Source: a virus
Lineage: Duplodnaviria > Caudoviricetes
Length of the DNA stretch: 64,000 bases
Virus record (IMG/VR): IMGVR_UViG_3300029288_004944
Location: 32,001 to 96,000 of that record
Reading direction: 5' to 3' (one strand)
Below are positions 9,881 to 19,012 of this stretch, piece after piece (the stretch's first letter is position 1; each line of letters begins with the position of its first letter). The notes under the pieces are model-generated. The model had not been told where the DNA came from. It made no database searches and saw only the letters and a program-made list of their open reading frames with translations. A program made the translations under genes and the position numbers.

Positions 9881-10079
9881 TTCTTAAAGTTAAAGGTGTC
9901 TGCGAGATAGATTTTTTTCGCTTTTTTCCATACTTCTATATATAAACTCTCTCTTTCCTCCCATATTCCCCCACCTTGTCTCCCCTTTACTCCACCTTTA
10001 CTATTCTTTTCTCCTTCTTTTCTCTAATCTTTCCTACTTAATACCCCCGTCACTGCATCATTATGACACAAACCACTCT

Positions 10080-10454
10080 CTACTCATATATCTCCACTAC
10101 CTCACTCTTACCCTTCCATTGTCCTATCCAATAGTCATCAAGATCTATCTTTACAAAATTATCATACACAAGTTCAGCCCTACCCATAACTATACAATAC
10201 TTGGAAGGCTTATCTAAAAAACCTAAGGTACCAAACCTATTAATACACACAAAACTACCACATACTAACTTAGTTGTCACTCTACTCATTGGTATCTTCT
10301 TATTGTTCTTGTCTATCTCTAATACCCAAAAAGACTTATCTGCCTTAGTAGAATGAAGATTTATAAACCTATAACCGTGTGGCGATATAAATTCTTTATC
10401 TTCTATATTCTTTCCCTCTCCCCACCTCTCTATCATTGTTTCTATTATTCCCAT
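10080..10454 (-). CDS. R10-W11 N-tagged protein, body family beta
   Basis: MGIIETMIERWG; GSFVCINRFGTL; clear paralogue of 10807..11223 (GYRF...LEIDK...YW...W.G). Confidence 0.8.
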   Translation of the reverse strand: MGIIETMIERWGEGKNIEDKEFISPHGYRFINLHSTKADKSFWVLEIDKNNKKIPMSRVTTKLVCGSFVCINRFGTLGFLDKPSKYCIVMGRAELVYDNFVKIDLDDYWIGQWKGKSEVVEIYE

Positions 10455-10472
10455 TGCTTCTCTCTCCCCTCT

Positions 10473-10790
10473 TTATACCTTTCCCTTATACTCAAACAAA
10501 TCTATTATTACAGCATCTGTATCACTTACAGAAACATCTATACTTTCGGCTGCTATACTTGCGATCCTTGCTTTAATTGCATAATATGGCCGAGGATCTC
10601 CTTCATAGTAAAACCCTGATCCATCAAAATAAATAAAAGCACTGTCTCCTACTCTTTTAACATCAACATCACAAAGCCTATACATTTTTCTTTCCGCATA
10701 AGGATACTCTTTTAACTTATATATCCTTATCTTTCTATCTCCTACTATATCTTTCCCCCACCTATTCACTATCGTATCTATCACACTCAT
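10473..10790 (-). CDS. R10-W11 N-tagged protein, body family beta
   Basis: Start re-called at 10790 (MSVIDTIVNRWG, GGGGGAG RBS); FIYFDGSGFYYE resembles 11256. Confidence 0.8.
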   Translation of the reverse strand: MSVIDTIVNRWGKDIVGDRKIRIYKLKEYPYAERKMYRLCDVDVKRVGDSAFIYFDGSGFYYEGDPRPYYAIKARIASIAAESIDVSVSDTDAVIIDLFEYKGKV

Positions 10791-10806
10791 CTTGTACTCC
10801 CCCTTA

Positions 10807-11223
10807 CTACATCCACCTTTCAAAATCTCTTTGCTTATTCTTCTGTTTAAACACTTCTTCTACCACTCTTAACCCTCTCCACTTCTCTTTCCAATATTCA
10901 TTAACATCTATCCTCATACATTGCCCATTCCCATTTCTTGATATATCCTTTACTATACCTATATATGCTTTGTTTGATGTGGGCAAATTACTGGAAAAAA
11001 TCAATTGATTGCTATCACTTATAGTTATTATGTCTCCATTGCCAAGTATAAGATTTTTATCTATACATCCACTATATCCTTCTTTATCTATTTCTAAATA
11101 CCAATCGCCAGCACCTAATTGAAAACCATCACACATTCTATACACAAACCTGTATCCATTTTTACTCTTTATAGTCTTAACATCTTTTGCCCATCTCTTT
11201 ATCATAATATCTATTACATTCAT
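10807..11223 (-). CDS. R10-W11 N-tagged protein, body family beta
   Basis: MNVIDIMIKRWA; GDIITISDSNQL...YIGIV. Confidence 0.8.
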   Translation of the reverse strand: MNVIDIMIKRWAKDVKTIKSKNGYRFVYRMCDGFQLGAGDWYLEIDKEGYSGCIDKNLILGNGDIITISDSNQLIFSSNLPTSNKAYIGIVKDISRNGNGQCMRIDVNEYWKEKWRGLRVVEEVFKQKNKQRDFERWM

Positions 11224-11255
11224 AACTTCTCCACTACCTTTATTTCTTTAACCTT

Positions 11256-11603
11256 TCATATAGCAGGATCTATTCCTACCCATTCCACAACATACATCTT
11301 GCCAAAATCTCTTGTTCCATATACTTTGACACATACACTTCCATCAGGTTCGTTTATACAATCAATAAGTCCGTGCTGACAATTATCAGGATGTTCTTCA
11401 TTCTCATAATAGAACAAACCTTTATCATCAAAATAAACACAACTACTCTTTCTTATTATAGAAAGATCTGCATTTAATACTCTATACCTTTGACAATAAT
11501 CTTCCCCTAGAATATATCCATTATATCCTTCATTGACTATTTCCACTTCTCTGTGCCCGGCATCCGGCTTCCATCTACCTATAATTACCTCTATCAAGTT
11601 CAT
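11256..11603 (-). CDS. R10-W11 N-tagged protein, body family beta
   Basis: Start re-called at 11603 (MNLIEVIIGRWK, AGGGGG RBS); CVYFDDKGLFYYE. Confidence 0.8.
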   Translation of the reverse strand: MNLIEVIIGRWKPDAGHREVEIVNEGYNGYILGEDYCQRYRVLNADLSIIRKSSCVYFDDKGLFYYENEEHPDNCQHGLIDCINEPDGSVCVKVYGTRDFGKMYVVEWVGIDPAI

Positions 11604-11871
11604 GCTCTCGTCCCCCTCTGATCCTCTCCATTGTTTGATGCCATAACACACTATTTCTCACTGCCGTTAATTGTTGCTGTAAAACTTGATTTCTTTGCAA
11701 AACATAACTTGTTTCAAGATCATACCGTGCTAATGAATTTATTGCATCCAACATAGATCCTGTTGTTATTTCACTTTTATTAGGCATTGAGATACAAGTT
11801 TCTGCTTTATCTTCCTCTACCTCTTTATTATCCTGTCCCCACCTGTGGATTATAATATCAATTACACTCAT
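11575..11871 (-). CDS. R10-W11 N-tagged protein, helical/coiled-coil body
   Basis: MSVIDIIIHRWG. Confidence 0.75.
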   Translation of the reverse strand: MSVIDIIIHRWGQDNKEVEEDKAETCISMPNKSEITTGSMLDAINSLARYDLETSYVLQRNQVLQQQLTAVRNSVLWHQTMERIRGGREHELDRGNYR

Positions 11872-12275
11872 AAATTTATCCTATAAGCACTCATTGCATC
11901 GTATGCATCCACCGAAATATCTGTAAGAGTTCCCCTCATATTACTTCCTACGCATACAACCGTACCTTTCATTAATCTTACAACATTTGTTTCTCGATCT
12001 TTTTTAGGATCTCTATACATATATATTTCATTTGTTCCTCTTGCAATCCCATCATACCCCATTTTTTCTCCGGTATCACTTACTATGCTTATATATGAAC
12101 CATCAAGTGCAAAATCCACTTCATCTCTTAGTTTGGCCTTTAATCTCTTTCCATAAAGATTATGTATAAAATATCTATCAGCCTTCTTCCCTTTTGTAAT
12201 ATAAATAGGCAAGTCTTTATTTACTCCTTTTTTCCTACTATCCCATCTTGAAAGCATTGTTTCTATAACACCCAT
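11868..12275 (-). CDS. R10-W11 N-tagged protein, body family beta
   Basis: Start re-called at 12275 (MGVIETMLSRWD, GGGGGAG RBS); GSYISIVSDTG. Confidence 0.8.
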   Translation of the reverse strand: MGVIETMLSRWDSRKKGVNKDLPIYITKGKKADRYFIHNLYGKRLKAKLRDEVDFALDGSYISIVSDTGEKMGYDGIARGTNEIYMYRDPKKDRETNVVRLMKGTVVCVGSNMRGTLTDISVDAYDAMSAYRINL

Positions 12276-12298
12276 CCTAAACTCCCCCACACATATCA

Positions 12299-12574
12299 CT
12301 AACTTCTCATTCTTATCGTGTTTGCATCTACTATGGATTCAACTAACCCCAACACTCTCCCACCATTATAAGAACCTACATCCGGAGAATAAACATGCCC
12401 ATTGGCATCAGCACAAACAAGACCGTTTACTTGAAAATCTCTACTATTATCCACATAAACTTCCCACAACTGTCCCTTAGGAGACATAAACACATTATTG
12501 GGAAAATCATTACAATTCTTTTTTTCCACCACATCCGGACCCAATCGTTTAATAATATCTTGTTTTATATCCAT
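12299..12574 (-). CDS. R10-L11 N-tagged protein, body family beta
   Basis: MDIKQDIIKRLGPD; NGLVCADANGHV...GRVLGLV. Confidence 0.8.
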   Translation of the reverse strand: MDIKQDIIKRLGPDVVEKKNCNDFPNNVFMSPKGQLWEVYVDNSRDFQVNGLVCADANGHVYSPDVGSYNGGRVLGLVESIVDANTIRMRS

Positions 12575-12584
12575 TTCTTAATTC

Positions 12585-12818
12585 CTATTTAAAAAATACT
12601 ATCTTTAATGGCAAATCTTTCAATAAATTAGGGATTTGATCTTTTTTTAATTTAATTTGATCTTTACGTTTAGAACAAAAACTCTTATTAAATGTATCTA
12701 AAACAATTTCCATTAATTCAATGCATTTCCTACAATATACATGTTCTTTGCCCATTATATGAAATATCCCTATTTTATTTTTTTCTCCACACCTATCGCA
12801 CACTTTATTCCTTTCCAT
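12585..12818 (-). CDS. Small zinc-finger protein
   Basis: CDRC...YCRKC; GGGGAGG RBS. Confidence 0.65.
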   Translation of the reverse strand: MERNKVCDRCGEKNKIGIFHIMGKEHVYCRKCIELMEIVLDTFNKSFCSKRKDQIKLKKDQIPNLLKDLPLKIVFFK

Positions 12819-12836
12819 TGTATACCTCCCCCTTAT

Positions 12837-12989
12837 TTATTTAACCTGACTTTTCTCCAACTGTATAGCCCTGCGTTTCATATCATTTTTAGACATAGTA
12901 AAATTACTTATAACAACAACTGAAAGAATTATTATTATGACTGACACTATCAAAACATTTATCCAATCTATTTTATTGTTTTCTCCCAT
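12837..12989 (-). CDS. Small single-TM membrane protein (50 aa, not in ORF track)
   Basis: Hand translation MGENNKIDWINVLIVSVIIIILSVVVI...; AGGAGG RBS. Confidence 0.6.
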   Translation of the reverse strand: MGENNKIDWINVLIVSVIIIILSVVVISNFTMSKNDMKRRAIQLEKSQVK

Positions 12990-13008
12990 TTGTATCCTCC
13001 TACTTTAG

Positions 13009-13278
13009 TTAGGCTTCTTTATCTTCCGTAAGACTGCTATCTGCTTCGCTAAGGATATTCTGCATATCTTTCTTTGATTTTGGCACAGGAACTTTTTTAT
13101 CTGCCACATTGAACCATCCATATTGAGCAAGTATACCGATCAAAACCCATCCCCATTCCGGAGAAGGATTTCTTCTTGCCATAAGACACACTAAGAGCAT
13201 AGCCAACAAACAGAGTAAGAACTTTCTGCTCAGCATTGAACTCTTTAAACTCTCTTTCTTATTTTCTGTATTTGCCAT
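13009..13278 (-). CDS. Two-TM membrane protein, holin-like
   Basis: SRKF followed by two hydrophobic segments and a charged C-tail. Confidence 0.5.
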   Translation of the reverse strand: MANTENKKESLKSSMLSRKFLLCLLAMLLVCLMARRNPSPEWGWVLIGILAQYGWFNVADKKVPVPKSKKDMQNILSEADSSLTEDKEA

Positions 13279-13293
13279 TTCTCTTAATCCTCC

Positions 13294-13773
13294 TTACATT
13301 TCTCTTTTTTTCTGTTTTATTATTCTATATTTTACTCTTTTGTCTAATTCAATTCCTGGATTTTCATAGTTCGTCATCATTCTTGCTATAACAGGCACTA
13401 AATCCTTTTGACCAAGTTTTTTTGCTCGTTTCATACAAATCTCAGGATCTGTGGGTATATGTATAAATTCCAAATCATAATTATATTCTCTTGCCAAACT
13501 AATCCAATGAAGTCTTAAAGAAAAAGTAAGAAACGTACCATCTACTAAAATATTCTTATTTTGATCTAAAAAATATCTGGCCATAAACTTAATTGTTGCC
13601 CAAACAAGATCTTCTGCCGGAGCATAAAACCTTTGACCATGAACAACAAGCCTCATATCATCAGGACAAAGATATATATATTCAGGATTTTTCTTTAAAA
13701 ACTTCTTAGCATATGTCGTTTTTCCAGATCTCGGATATCCCATCATAAGAATCATCTTATTTCTTTTCTTCAT
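13294..13773 (-). CDS. P-loop kinase (AAA_33 / polynucleotide-kinase-like)
   Basis: GYPRSGKTT; ILVDGT; C..R. Confidence 0.8.
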   Translation of the reverse strand: MKKRNKMILMMGYPRSGKTTYAKKFLKKNPEYIYLCPDDMRLVVHGQRFYAPAEDLVWATIKFMARYFLDQNKNILVDGTFLTFSLRLHWISLAREYNYDLEFIHIPTDPEICMKRAKKLGQKDLVPVIARMMTNYENPGIELDKRVKYRIIKQKKREM

Positions 13774-13794
13774 TTATTACCCCCTTATTCCTTT

Positions 13795-14217
13795 CTAATC
13801 CCCAAACTCTCTATAATCCCGGAAACCATGCATTTCCCTATCAAGTTCAGGGTTGTCGCCATCAATCTCAATACTCCCCCTAAAATCATTATCAATTGAA
13901 AAAGCAGACCTATCATCAAAATTATCATGCAATGGAATAGTTATAAATAATTGTTTTGGATTGTCAGATATACCACTAAGTGTGCCAACAACTTTACAAT
14001 CCTCAGGAAGTGTTGCCCCTATTTCATTTGCAAATAACCTACTATCCTCTGCCACACAAACAAGATCTCCTATATGCCACCCTATTATATCAATATTACT
14101 AATTCTAAATACAGCAGCCGAAATCCTGCTGAACGTATACTCATAACAACCCTTTAAATTTTTATTTACTTTAACATCAGGGCCCAATCGTTTTATAATA
14201 TCTTGCTTTATATCCAT
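13795..14217 (-). CDS. R10-L11 N-tagged protein, body family beta
   Basis: MDIKQDIIKRLGPD; GDLVCVAEDSRL...KVVGTL. Confidence 0.8.
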   Translation of the reverse strand: MDIKQDIIKRLGPDVKVNKNLKGCYEYTFSRISAAVFRISNIDIIGWHIGDLVCVAEDSRLFANEIGATLPEDCKVVGTLSGISDNPKQLFITIPLHDNFDDRSAFSIDNDFRGSIEIDGDNPELDREMHGFRDYREFGD

Positions 14218-14232
14218 ACATTCCCCCCCACA

Positions 14233-14433
14233 TTATCTTACTTCTGTCATTCCCACCGGAACCGATTTTTCCATTGCTCTGCTTGTCTTAACCATAGAAG
14301 ACAAGAATAGACCTAACAATATTGCCAATATGCAAAATGCCGTTATAGCAAAACCAATGCTGTTTTCTTCTTTTTCATGCCCGGTTGTTACTGGAATTCC
14401 TTTATATTCTTTACTACCCCTCAACTTAGTCAT
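14233..14433 (-). CDS. Small single-TM membrane protein
   Basis: Hydrophobic IGFAITAFCILAILLGLFL; GGGAGG RBS. Confidence 0.6.
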   Translation of the reverse strand: MTKLRGSKEYKGIPVTTGHEKEENSIGFAITAFCILAILLGLFLSSMVKTSRAMEKSVPVGMTEVR

Positions 14434-14569
14434 TTATCCCTCCCTTATTTATTAAACCTTTTACCAAACCAATCTAAAATAATAATTATCACTGAAAATA
14501 TTATAAAATTTAAAAGTATGATCAAAAGAGCAATTCCAAATAAATATAGAATGTGCATTTTACACCTCT

Positions 14570-15112
14570 CTATAATAATAGATGTTTACATAACTCTTTT
14601 GCCTCTTTAAAGGAATAGCCTTCCAGTGTCTTCTCATTCACTGCATCATTGTAGTTCTTATGATCAGCATCATTAAAATCCTTTTCATTTAAAACTTTAG
14701 GGCTACTGCCTGCTACGCTAACAGCAGGTGTTGCAAAATCTATAATCAAATCTTTATTTTCAATACCCTTAGCACTTCTCCATAAATCTCTAAAAAAAGC
14801 ATCCTGATGTTCAATGACATATGAACCATAAGTTCCGAATTTATCCTGTTCGCTCTTTGGTATCAAATTACGCAACTGTGTCAATTCTTTATCGGCTAAT
14901 TCAAAAGCCTCTGCCTCAGCAGGGCATTGTTTCTTAAACTCATCATAATTGTCTTCTCTTAACTTATCAAATTCTTTTTCTGTATATTCATCCTTTGCGA
15001 TACTTTCAAGATCACACAGTTTTTGTCCTGTTATAACATATACAAAATCATCTTCATTATCAAATGATTTCAAAACAAAATCCATTAATTCTTTATACTC
15101 AGTAGAAACCAT
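14570..15112 (-). CDS. Hypothetical protein
   Basis: 180-aa ORF with GAGG RBS. Confidence 0.7.
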   Translation of the reverse strand: MVSTEYKELMDFVLKSFDNEDDFVYVITGQKLCDLESIAKDEYTEKEFDKLREDNYDEFKKQCPAEAEAFELADKELTQLRNLIPKSEQDKFGTYGSYVIEHQDAFFRDLWRSAKGIENKDLIIDFATPAVSVAGSSPKVLNEKDFNDADHKNYNDAVNEKTLEGYSFKEAKELCKHLLL

Positions 15113-15166
15113 TCCTCACCTCTCTATTCATCTATACTATATTATGTATCTATGCAACAAAAAGTA

Positions 15167-15652
15167 TTACTTTATTGTGTTTGATACTTCCTCTAATAAC
15201 CCAACTGTCATATCCAATAATGTAGCATCGCTATTTACAGGCTCAGATACAGATTGTATTTCAGGTGATGCAACAACATCATCTTCCTTATTTTCATATT
15301 GCTTATAAAATTGGGAATGTCTTTTCTCTAATATAGCCTTATCTTCCTCTAAAAATGCTTTCACATAAGATCTGTCTTCTAAAATTGATAAAAGATTATC
15401 CCTAACAATATCAGAGTATTTTACTTTTCCATATCCTGTATCAAATAAAATATCTATATATCCGGGATCTTTTCTTGCGATAATTGTACCCGCACTACCA
15501 GCAGGGACCACTTCACCTTTTTCATTTAAAAGATCATATGTAGTAAGCACGCGATTTCCTTGCTTATATATTTTTGACCAATCAAGGGTTCTATTATTCT
15601 GATTTTTTATAATTTCAAACCAAATTCTATCCAATGGAATTTTGTTGATCAT
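15167..15652 (-). CDS. Hypothetical protein with SH3-like beta module
   Basis: GNRV.....L...GEVVPAGSAGTI....IDILFD. Confidence 0.6.
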   Translation of the reverse strand: MINKIPLDRIWFEIIKNQNNRTLDWSKIYKQGNRVLTTYDLLNEKGEVVPAGSAGTIIARKDPGYIDILFDTGYGKVKYSDIVRDNLLSILEDRSYVKAFLEEDKAILEKRHSQFYKQYENKEDDVVASPEIQSVSEPVNSDATLLDMTVGLLEEVSNTIK

Positions 15653-15655
15653 ATT

Positions 15656-16630
15656 TTATCCTATTATTTTATTTTTATGTTCTTTTTTATGACAATCTTC
15701 GCAAAGTGTTATTCCATTGTCAATATCCCATAAAGGTTTATATAGCATTGCACTTTCGTATAAATCAATCAATGGTGAATGTTTTTTAATTTTCTCCAAC
15801 AATAATGCAAACTCTTTAATATGATGTGCTTTTAAATTTCCACCTCTACTATCCCCACACTTTTGGCAGGTATAATTATCTCTTTTAAAAACATCTTGAC
15901 GCCATTGATCATATTTTAAAGAACTCCTTATTCTTTCTACTGCAGGCGTTACGCCACCTTTCCAATTAGGATGATTTGATCCCTTCATTAAATCTGATTG
16001 CTTTTTTTTGTGTTCTTCTGTCCAATGTCCGTGTATATATTTACGTTCATTGCCCCATTTATCATACCTTAGATGTAATTGCTTACAACCGCAACCACAA
16101 AAAATCATTTTAGATGAACATTCTTTACAAACAAAATTTTTATAACTAATTAATGTGCCATCATTGTCTCTACCGCAAACTGCACAATGCATATCAATAT
16201 GAGATTCTGACTGTTTACTTTTTGATTCTTCTGTATGATGTTTACCATTCCAATGATGACCATTTATATATTTACGTTCTCTACCTTGTTTACCATATTT
16301 TGAACGATATTGGCCACAATTACAAGCACAAGGAATTTGAATTGATAAACAATTATCACAAACATATTTATCCTTTCCTAATGTTCCATCGTTATCTTTG
16401 TGGCAAATTTTACAATGCAAACCAAGTTTATCATGCCCTTTCACATATTTATACTCTCTACCTCTTTTGTCATGTTTAAAATGTAATTGATTACATCCAC
16501 AGGTACACGGTATTTTAATGGATAGACAAAAATCACAAACACGCTTAATATCACACAATGTTCCATCATTGGATTTACCGCATATTTTACAATGCCTTAT
16601 TCTCATTCTTATTTTCTCCACATCCACCAA
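15656..16630 (-). CDS. HNH homing endonuclease with three Cys-rich repeats and NUMOD3 motifs (likely start 16606)
   Basis: NHPNWKGG..WRQDVFKRDNYTCQKCG..AHHIK..NGITLCEDCH; HHTEESKSKQSESH. Confidence 0.85.
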   Translation of the reverse strand: MVDVEKIRMRIRHCKICGKSNDGTLCDIKRVCDFCLSIKIPCTCGCNQLHFKHDKRGREYKYVKGHDKLGLHCKICHKDNDGTLGKDKYVCDNCLSIQIPCACNCGQYRSKYGKQGRERKYINGHHWNGKHHTEESKSKQSESHIDMHCAVCGRDNDGTLISYKNFVCKECSSKMIFCGCGCKQLHLRYDKWGNERKYIHGHWTEEHKKKQSDLMKGSNHPNWKGGVTPAVERIRSSLKYDQWRQDVFKRDNYTCQKCGDSRGGNLKAHHIKEFALLLEKIKKHSPLIDLYESAMLYKPLWDIDNGITLCEDCHKKEHKNKIIG

Positions 16631-18081
16631 CCACGATGTTCTGTATTACCATCTACATCCAATTGATTTAATTCTCCATTAGTATACCCTTCAATTATCA
16701 TATTTTTAACATGTTCTTTATTGCTATCATCTAATTCTTCATCATAATTTTCATCTCCAGTCCAATTATAATCAATTGACCATCCATTATCTAATATTGT
16801 AGAATGCTCCCACTCCTCTTCTATTTTGTTTTCGATTAAATCTATACCAAGTTCTTTAGATTTCTTTTCCACAGATGCTGTTATTGAATCATTAACAGGA
16901 CCAATTCCCAAATCGGAATTTGATAATCTTTTTTCTGTACCCACACCATCAGCATTATCTTTATATATATCTTTATTCAAAATAGATGATGGTTTTGATT
17001 TTTCCTCATAAGGATTTATTTTTAGAGGTACTATTTCTAATTCTCCAAGATCTGCTTTTGTTTCTTTTGATCCAATCTTCTGCCATGTACCAGCCTCGTA
17101 CTGTTCTGTTGGGGGATTAGGAAATGCATGCTTAACCCAAGCATCAAGTACATCGGGATTTGCAGAATAAAATATATATGGACCTTCTGTTACTGCTCCT
17201 TGTTCATTTTTCCACAATAAAACGTTTGCTTTCATTTTTGTTTTAATCTTTGTTGCTTCTTCTGCTGTAAATGTGGCTCCTTCACCATACCCCACCACAG
17301 ATCCTGCATCATCTTTTACAACTTGATCCTCGATCACGTACGCAATCTTTACCAAACTTATTCCGGCTCCTTCTGCCTGCTTTATTACTCGCTTCTCAGT
17401 AGAAGCATCAATTTTCTCTTTAACAGGTCCAAAAAGGGTTTTAGATGATAATGGAACATCAAATAATTTCTTATTATCACCTGATTGATATTTATCTTTT
17501 GGATTATACGATAAACCAACACTTTCAAACGTATCGGATGGTTTCTTTGCTTCGGCAGGACGATCAACAAATAATTTACTATTTTCGCCCTTACCAACAT
17601 TGTCAGTAATCGATACTTTCTCTATATCTTTTACTGATTTAGCAGATGGTTGAGCAAATAATCCTGAATTTCTACCTGCAGGAACTTCTTTATCTCTTTT
17701 TAATTCAGACTTATCGCCTTTTAACGCCCCATTTGCATCAGCAGACAAACTAACACTCTCCAATTCTTTCGGTTTAACTCCATCAATTTTGTCAATATTT
17801 TTATTGATAGAATCTCCGTCTTTTAATGCCTCAGATCCTTTGTCAGATTTGCTATCACAGGGTTTCTCTTGATAATCTTTTGGCTCTTCTTTTTCCTCGG
17901 CAGCCGTCACAAATTGATTTCTTGCCAATTCAGGATCATCTTCTGGCTTTGGAAGATTAACTTTTGTTTTTACTTTTTCTTTTGGTTCTTCCTTTTTTTT
18001 CGGTGCCTCTTTAGTTACAATTACATCAGATTTCTTATTCATACCTAATAAATCTTTCATATTATCCAAAAACTTTCCCAT
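16609..18081 (-). CDS. Low-complexity charged protein with degenerate internal repeats, possible virion/scaffold protein
   Basis: K/E-rich N-half; repeats of E-x-V-x-[LI]...G-x-N-x-x-L-F. Confidence 0.7.
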   Translation of the reverse strand: MGKFLDNMKDLLGMNKKSDVIVTKEAPKKKEEPKEKVKTKVNLPKPEDDPELARNQFVTAAEEKEEPKDYQEKPCDSKSDKGSEALKDGDSINKNIDKIDGVKPKELESVSLSADANGALKGDKSELKRDKEVPAGRNSGLFAQPSAKSVKDIEKVSITDNVGKGENSKLFVDRPAEAKKPSDTFESVGLSYNPKDKYQSGDNKKLFDVPLSSKTLFGPVKEKIDASTEKRVIKQAEGAGISLVKIAYVIEDQVVKDDAGSVVGYGEGATFTAEEATKIKTKMKANVLLWKNEQGAVTEGPYIFYSANPDVLDAWVKHAFPNPPTEQYEAGTWQKIGSKETKADLGELEIVPLKINPYEEKSKPSSILNKDIYKDNADGVGTEKRLSNSDLGIGPVNDSITASVEKKSKELGIDLIENKIEEEWEHSTILDNGWSIDYNWTGDENYDEELDDSNKEHVKNMIIEGYTNGELNQLDVDGNTEHRGWWMWRK

Positions 18082-18114
18082 TTTACTTCCTCCTATAATA
18101 ATTTTGATTACTTA

Positions 18115-18387
18115 TTATTTCAAATGTGATGGAGTTATTATATTTGACTTTGGTTGCTGTTGAGCAGAAGACAATATACCAAGAACAGCCTGTCCACAAC
18201 CCTGCATCTGTAAATAACTCTCTATTTCATGTAATGCCCTTCTTACATCAACGATCGTGGCTTCTCTTTTAGACTCTTTAAGAACATCCTTTGTGATTAT
18301 AAACGAAGGTTTTCCATCACTCGGCACTACCACTAAAAATGCTGTCTCAGCCTGTTCAATCTCTTTTCCTGTCTTTTCTTCTTCCAT
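18115..18387 (-). CDS. Hypothetical protein
   Basis: AGGAGG RBS; 90 aa. Confidence 0.7.
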   Translation of the reverse strand: MEEEKTGKEIEQAETAFLVVVPSDGKPSFIITKDVLKESKREATIVDVRRALHEIESYLQMQGCGQAVLGILSSAQQQPKSNIITPSHLK

Positions 18388-18413
18388 TTTATTCCTCCTA
18401 TCTATTTTTTATT

Positions 18414-18962
18414 TTACCAATCCGTAGCGGAATTTGGTTCGGGATTTTTATCTTCACTTATATCATCCACCTTTCTTATATCCCTCAATTGTTCAAGATT
18501 TTCATAATCATCAGGAGCCGTTGACATACTATCCATTGGCTCATTAATAACATCTTTATCTTGTCCAAAATTCTCTATCTTTCTTACTTCATCTTTATTT
18601 AATATCTGAAGTTTCACGGAACTTTTAGGAAAGTAAACTAATATTTTATTACTACCTAAAAATTCCAATATTTGACCTGTTCCGTTATTACCCTTACCAC
18701 TCACAGCCTCTTCTGTCATTTGCACAGGATCCCCATAGGAAAGAATGTCTCTTTCATCCATGAGATTCTCATTTCGTTCAACAGAAAATTCTGTTTGGGG
18801 CGTAGTTCCGCGATTAGGGCTTAACATACCAAAGGGATCGCCATTACCACGATCTCGATTTATATCATAAACTGATCCGTCAGTCCCCCTCTCATAATAT
18901 TCTTGACCATCATTTGTTAGTGGGCGTTCATCAAATATTGTGTCTGCTGCTTTATTTAACAT
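18414..18962 (-). CDS. Acidic hypothetical protein
   Basis: Start re-called at 18962 (MLNKAAD) because the promoter occupies the upstream in-frame stretch. Confidence 0.7.
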   Translation of the reverse strand: MLNKAADTIFDERPLTNDGQEYYERGTDGSVYDINRDRGNGDPFGMLSPNRGTTPQTEFSVERNENLMDERDILSYGDPVQMTEEAVSGKGNNGTGQILEFLGSNKILVYFPKSSVKLQILNKDEVRKIENFGQDKDVINEPMDSMSTAPDDYENLEQLRDIRKVDDISEDKNPEPNSATDW

Positions 18963-18976
18963 TTTATATACTCCAT

Positions 18977-19005
18977 AGTATAGCACAAATATTGTCATTT
19001 GTCAA
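18977..19005 (-). promoter_or_regulatory. Sigma70-type promoter (repeat copy 2)
   Basis: TTGACA-aatgacaatatttgtgc-TATACT. Confidence 0.8.
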
Positions 19006-19012
19006 GCAACAC

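Noticed and set aside
2376-14217. Integron-like cassette array or DGR to explain the tagged genes
   Set aside because: No attC-like inverted repeats between genes, no integrase or reverse transcriptase in the window, and tag similarity is at protein rather than DNA level.
2170-14433. Stop-codon reassignment as the cause of the many short ORFs
   Set aside because: TAA, TAG and TGA all end genes that are followed by a fresh RBS and start, often the tagged N-terminus; long enzymes are intact in code 11.
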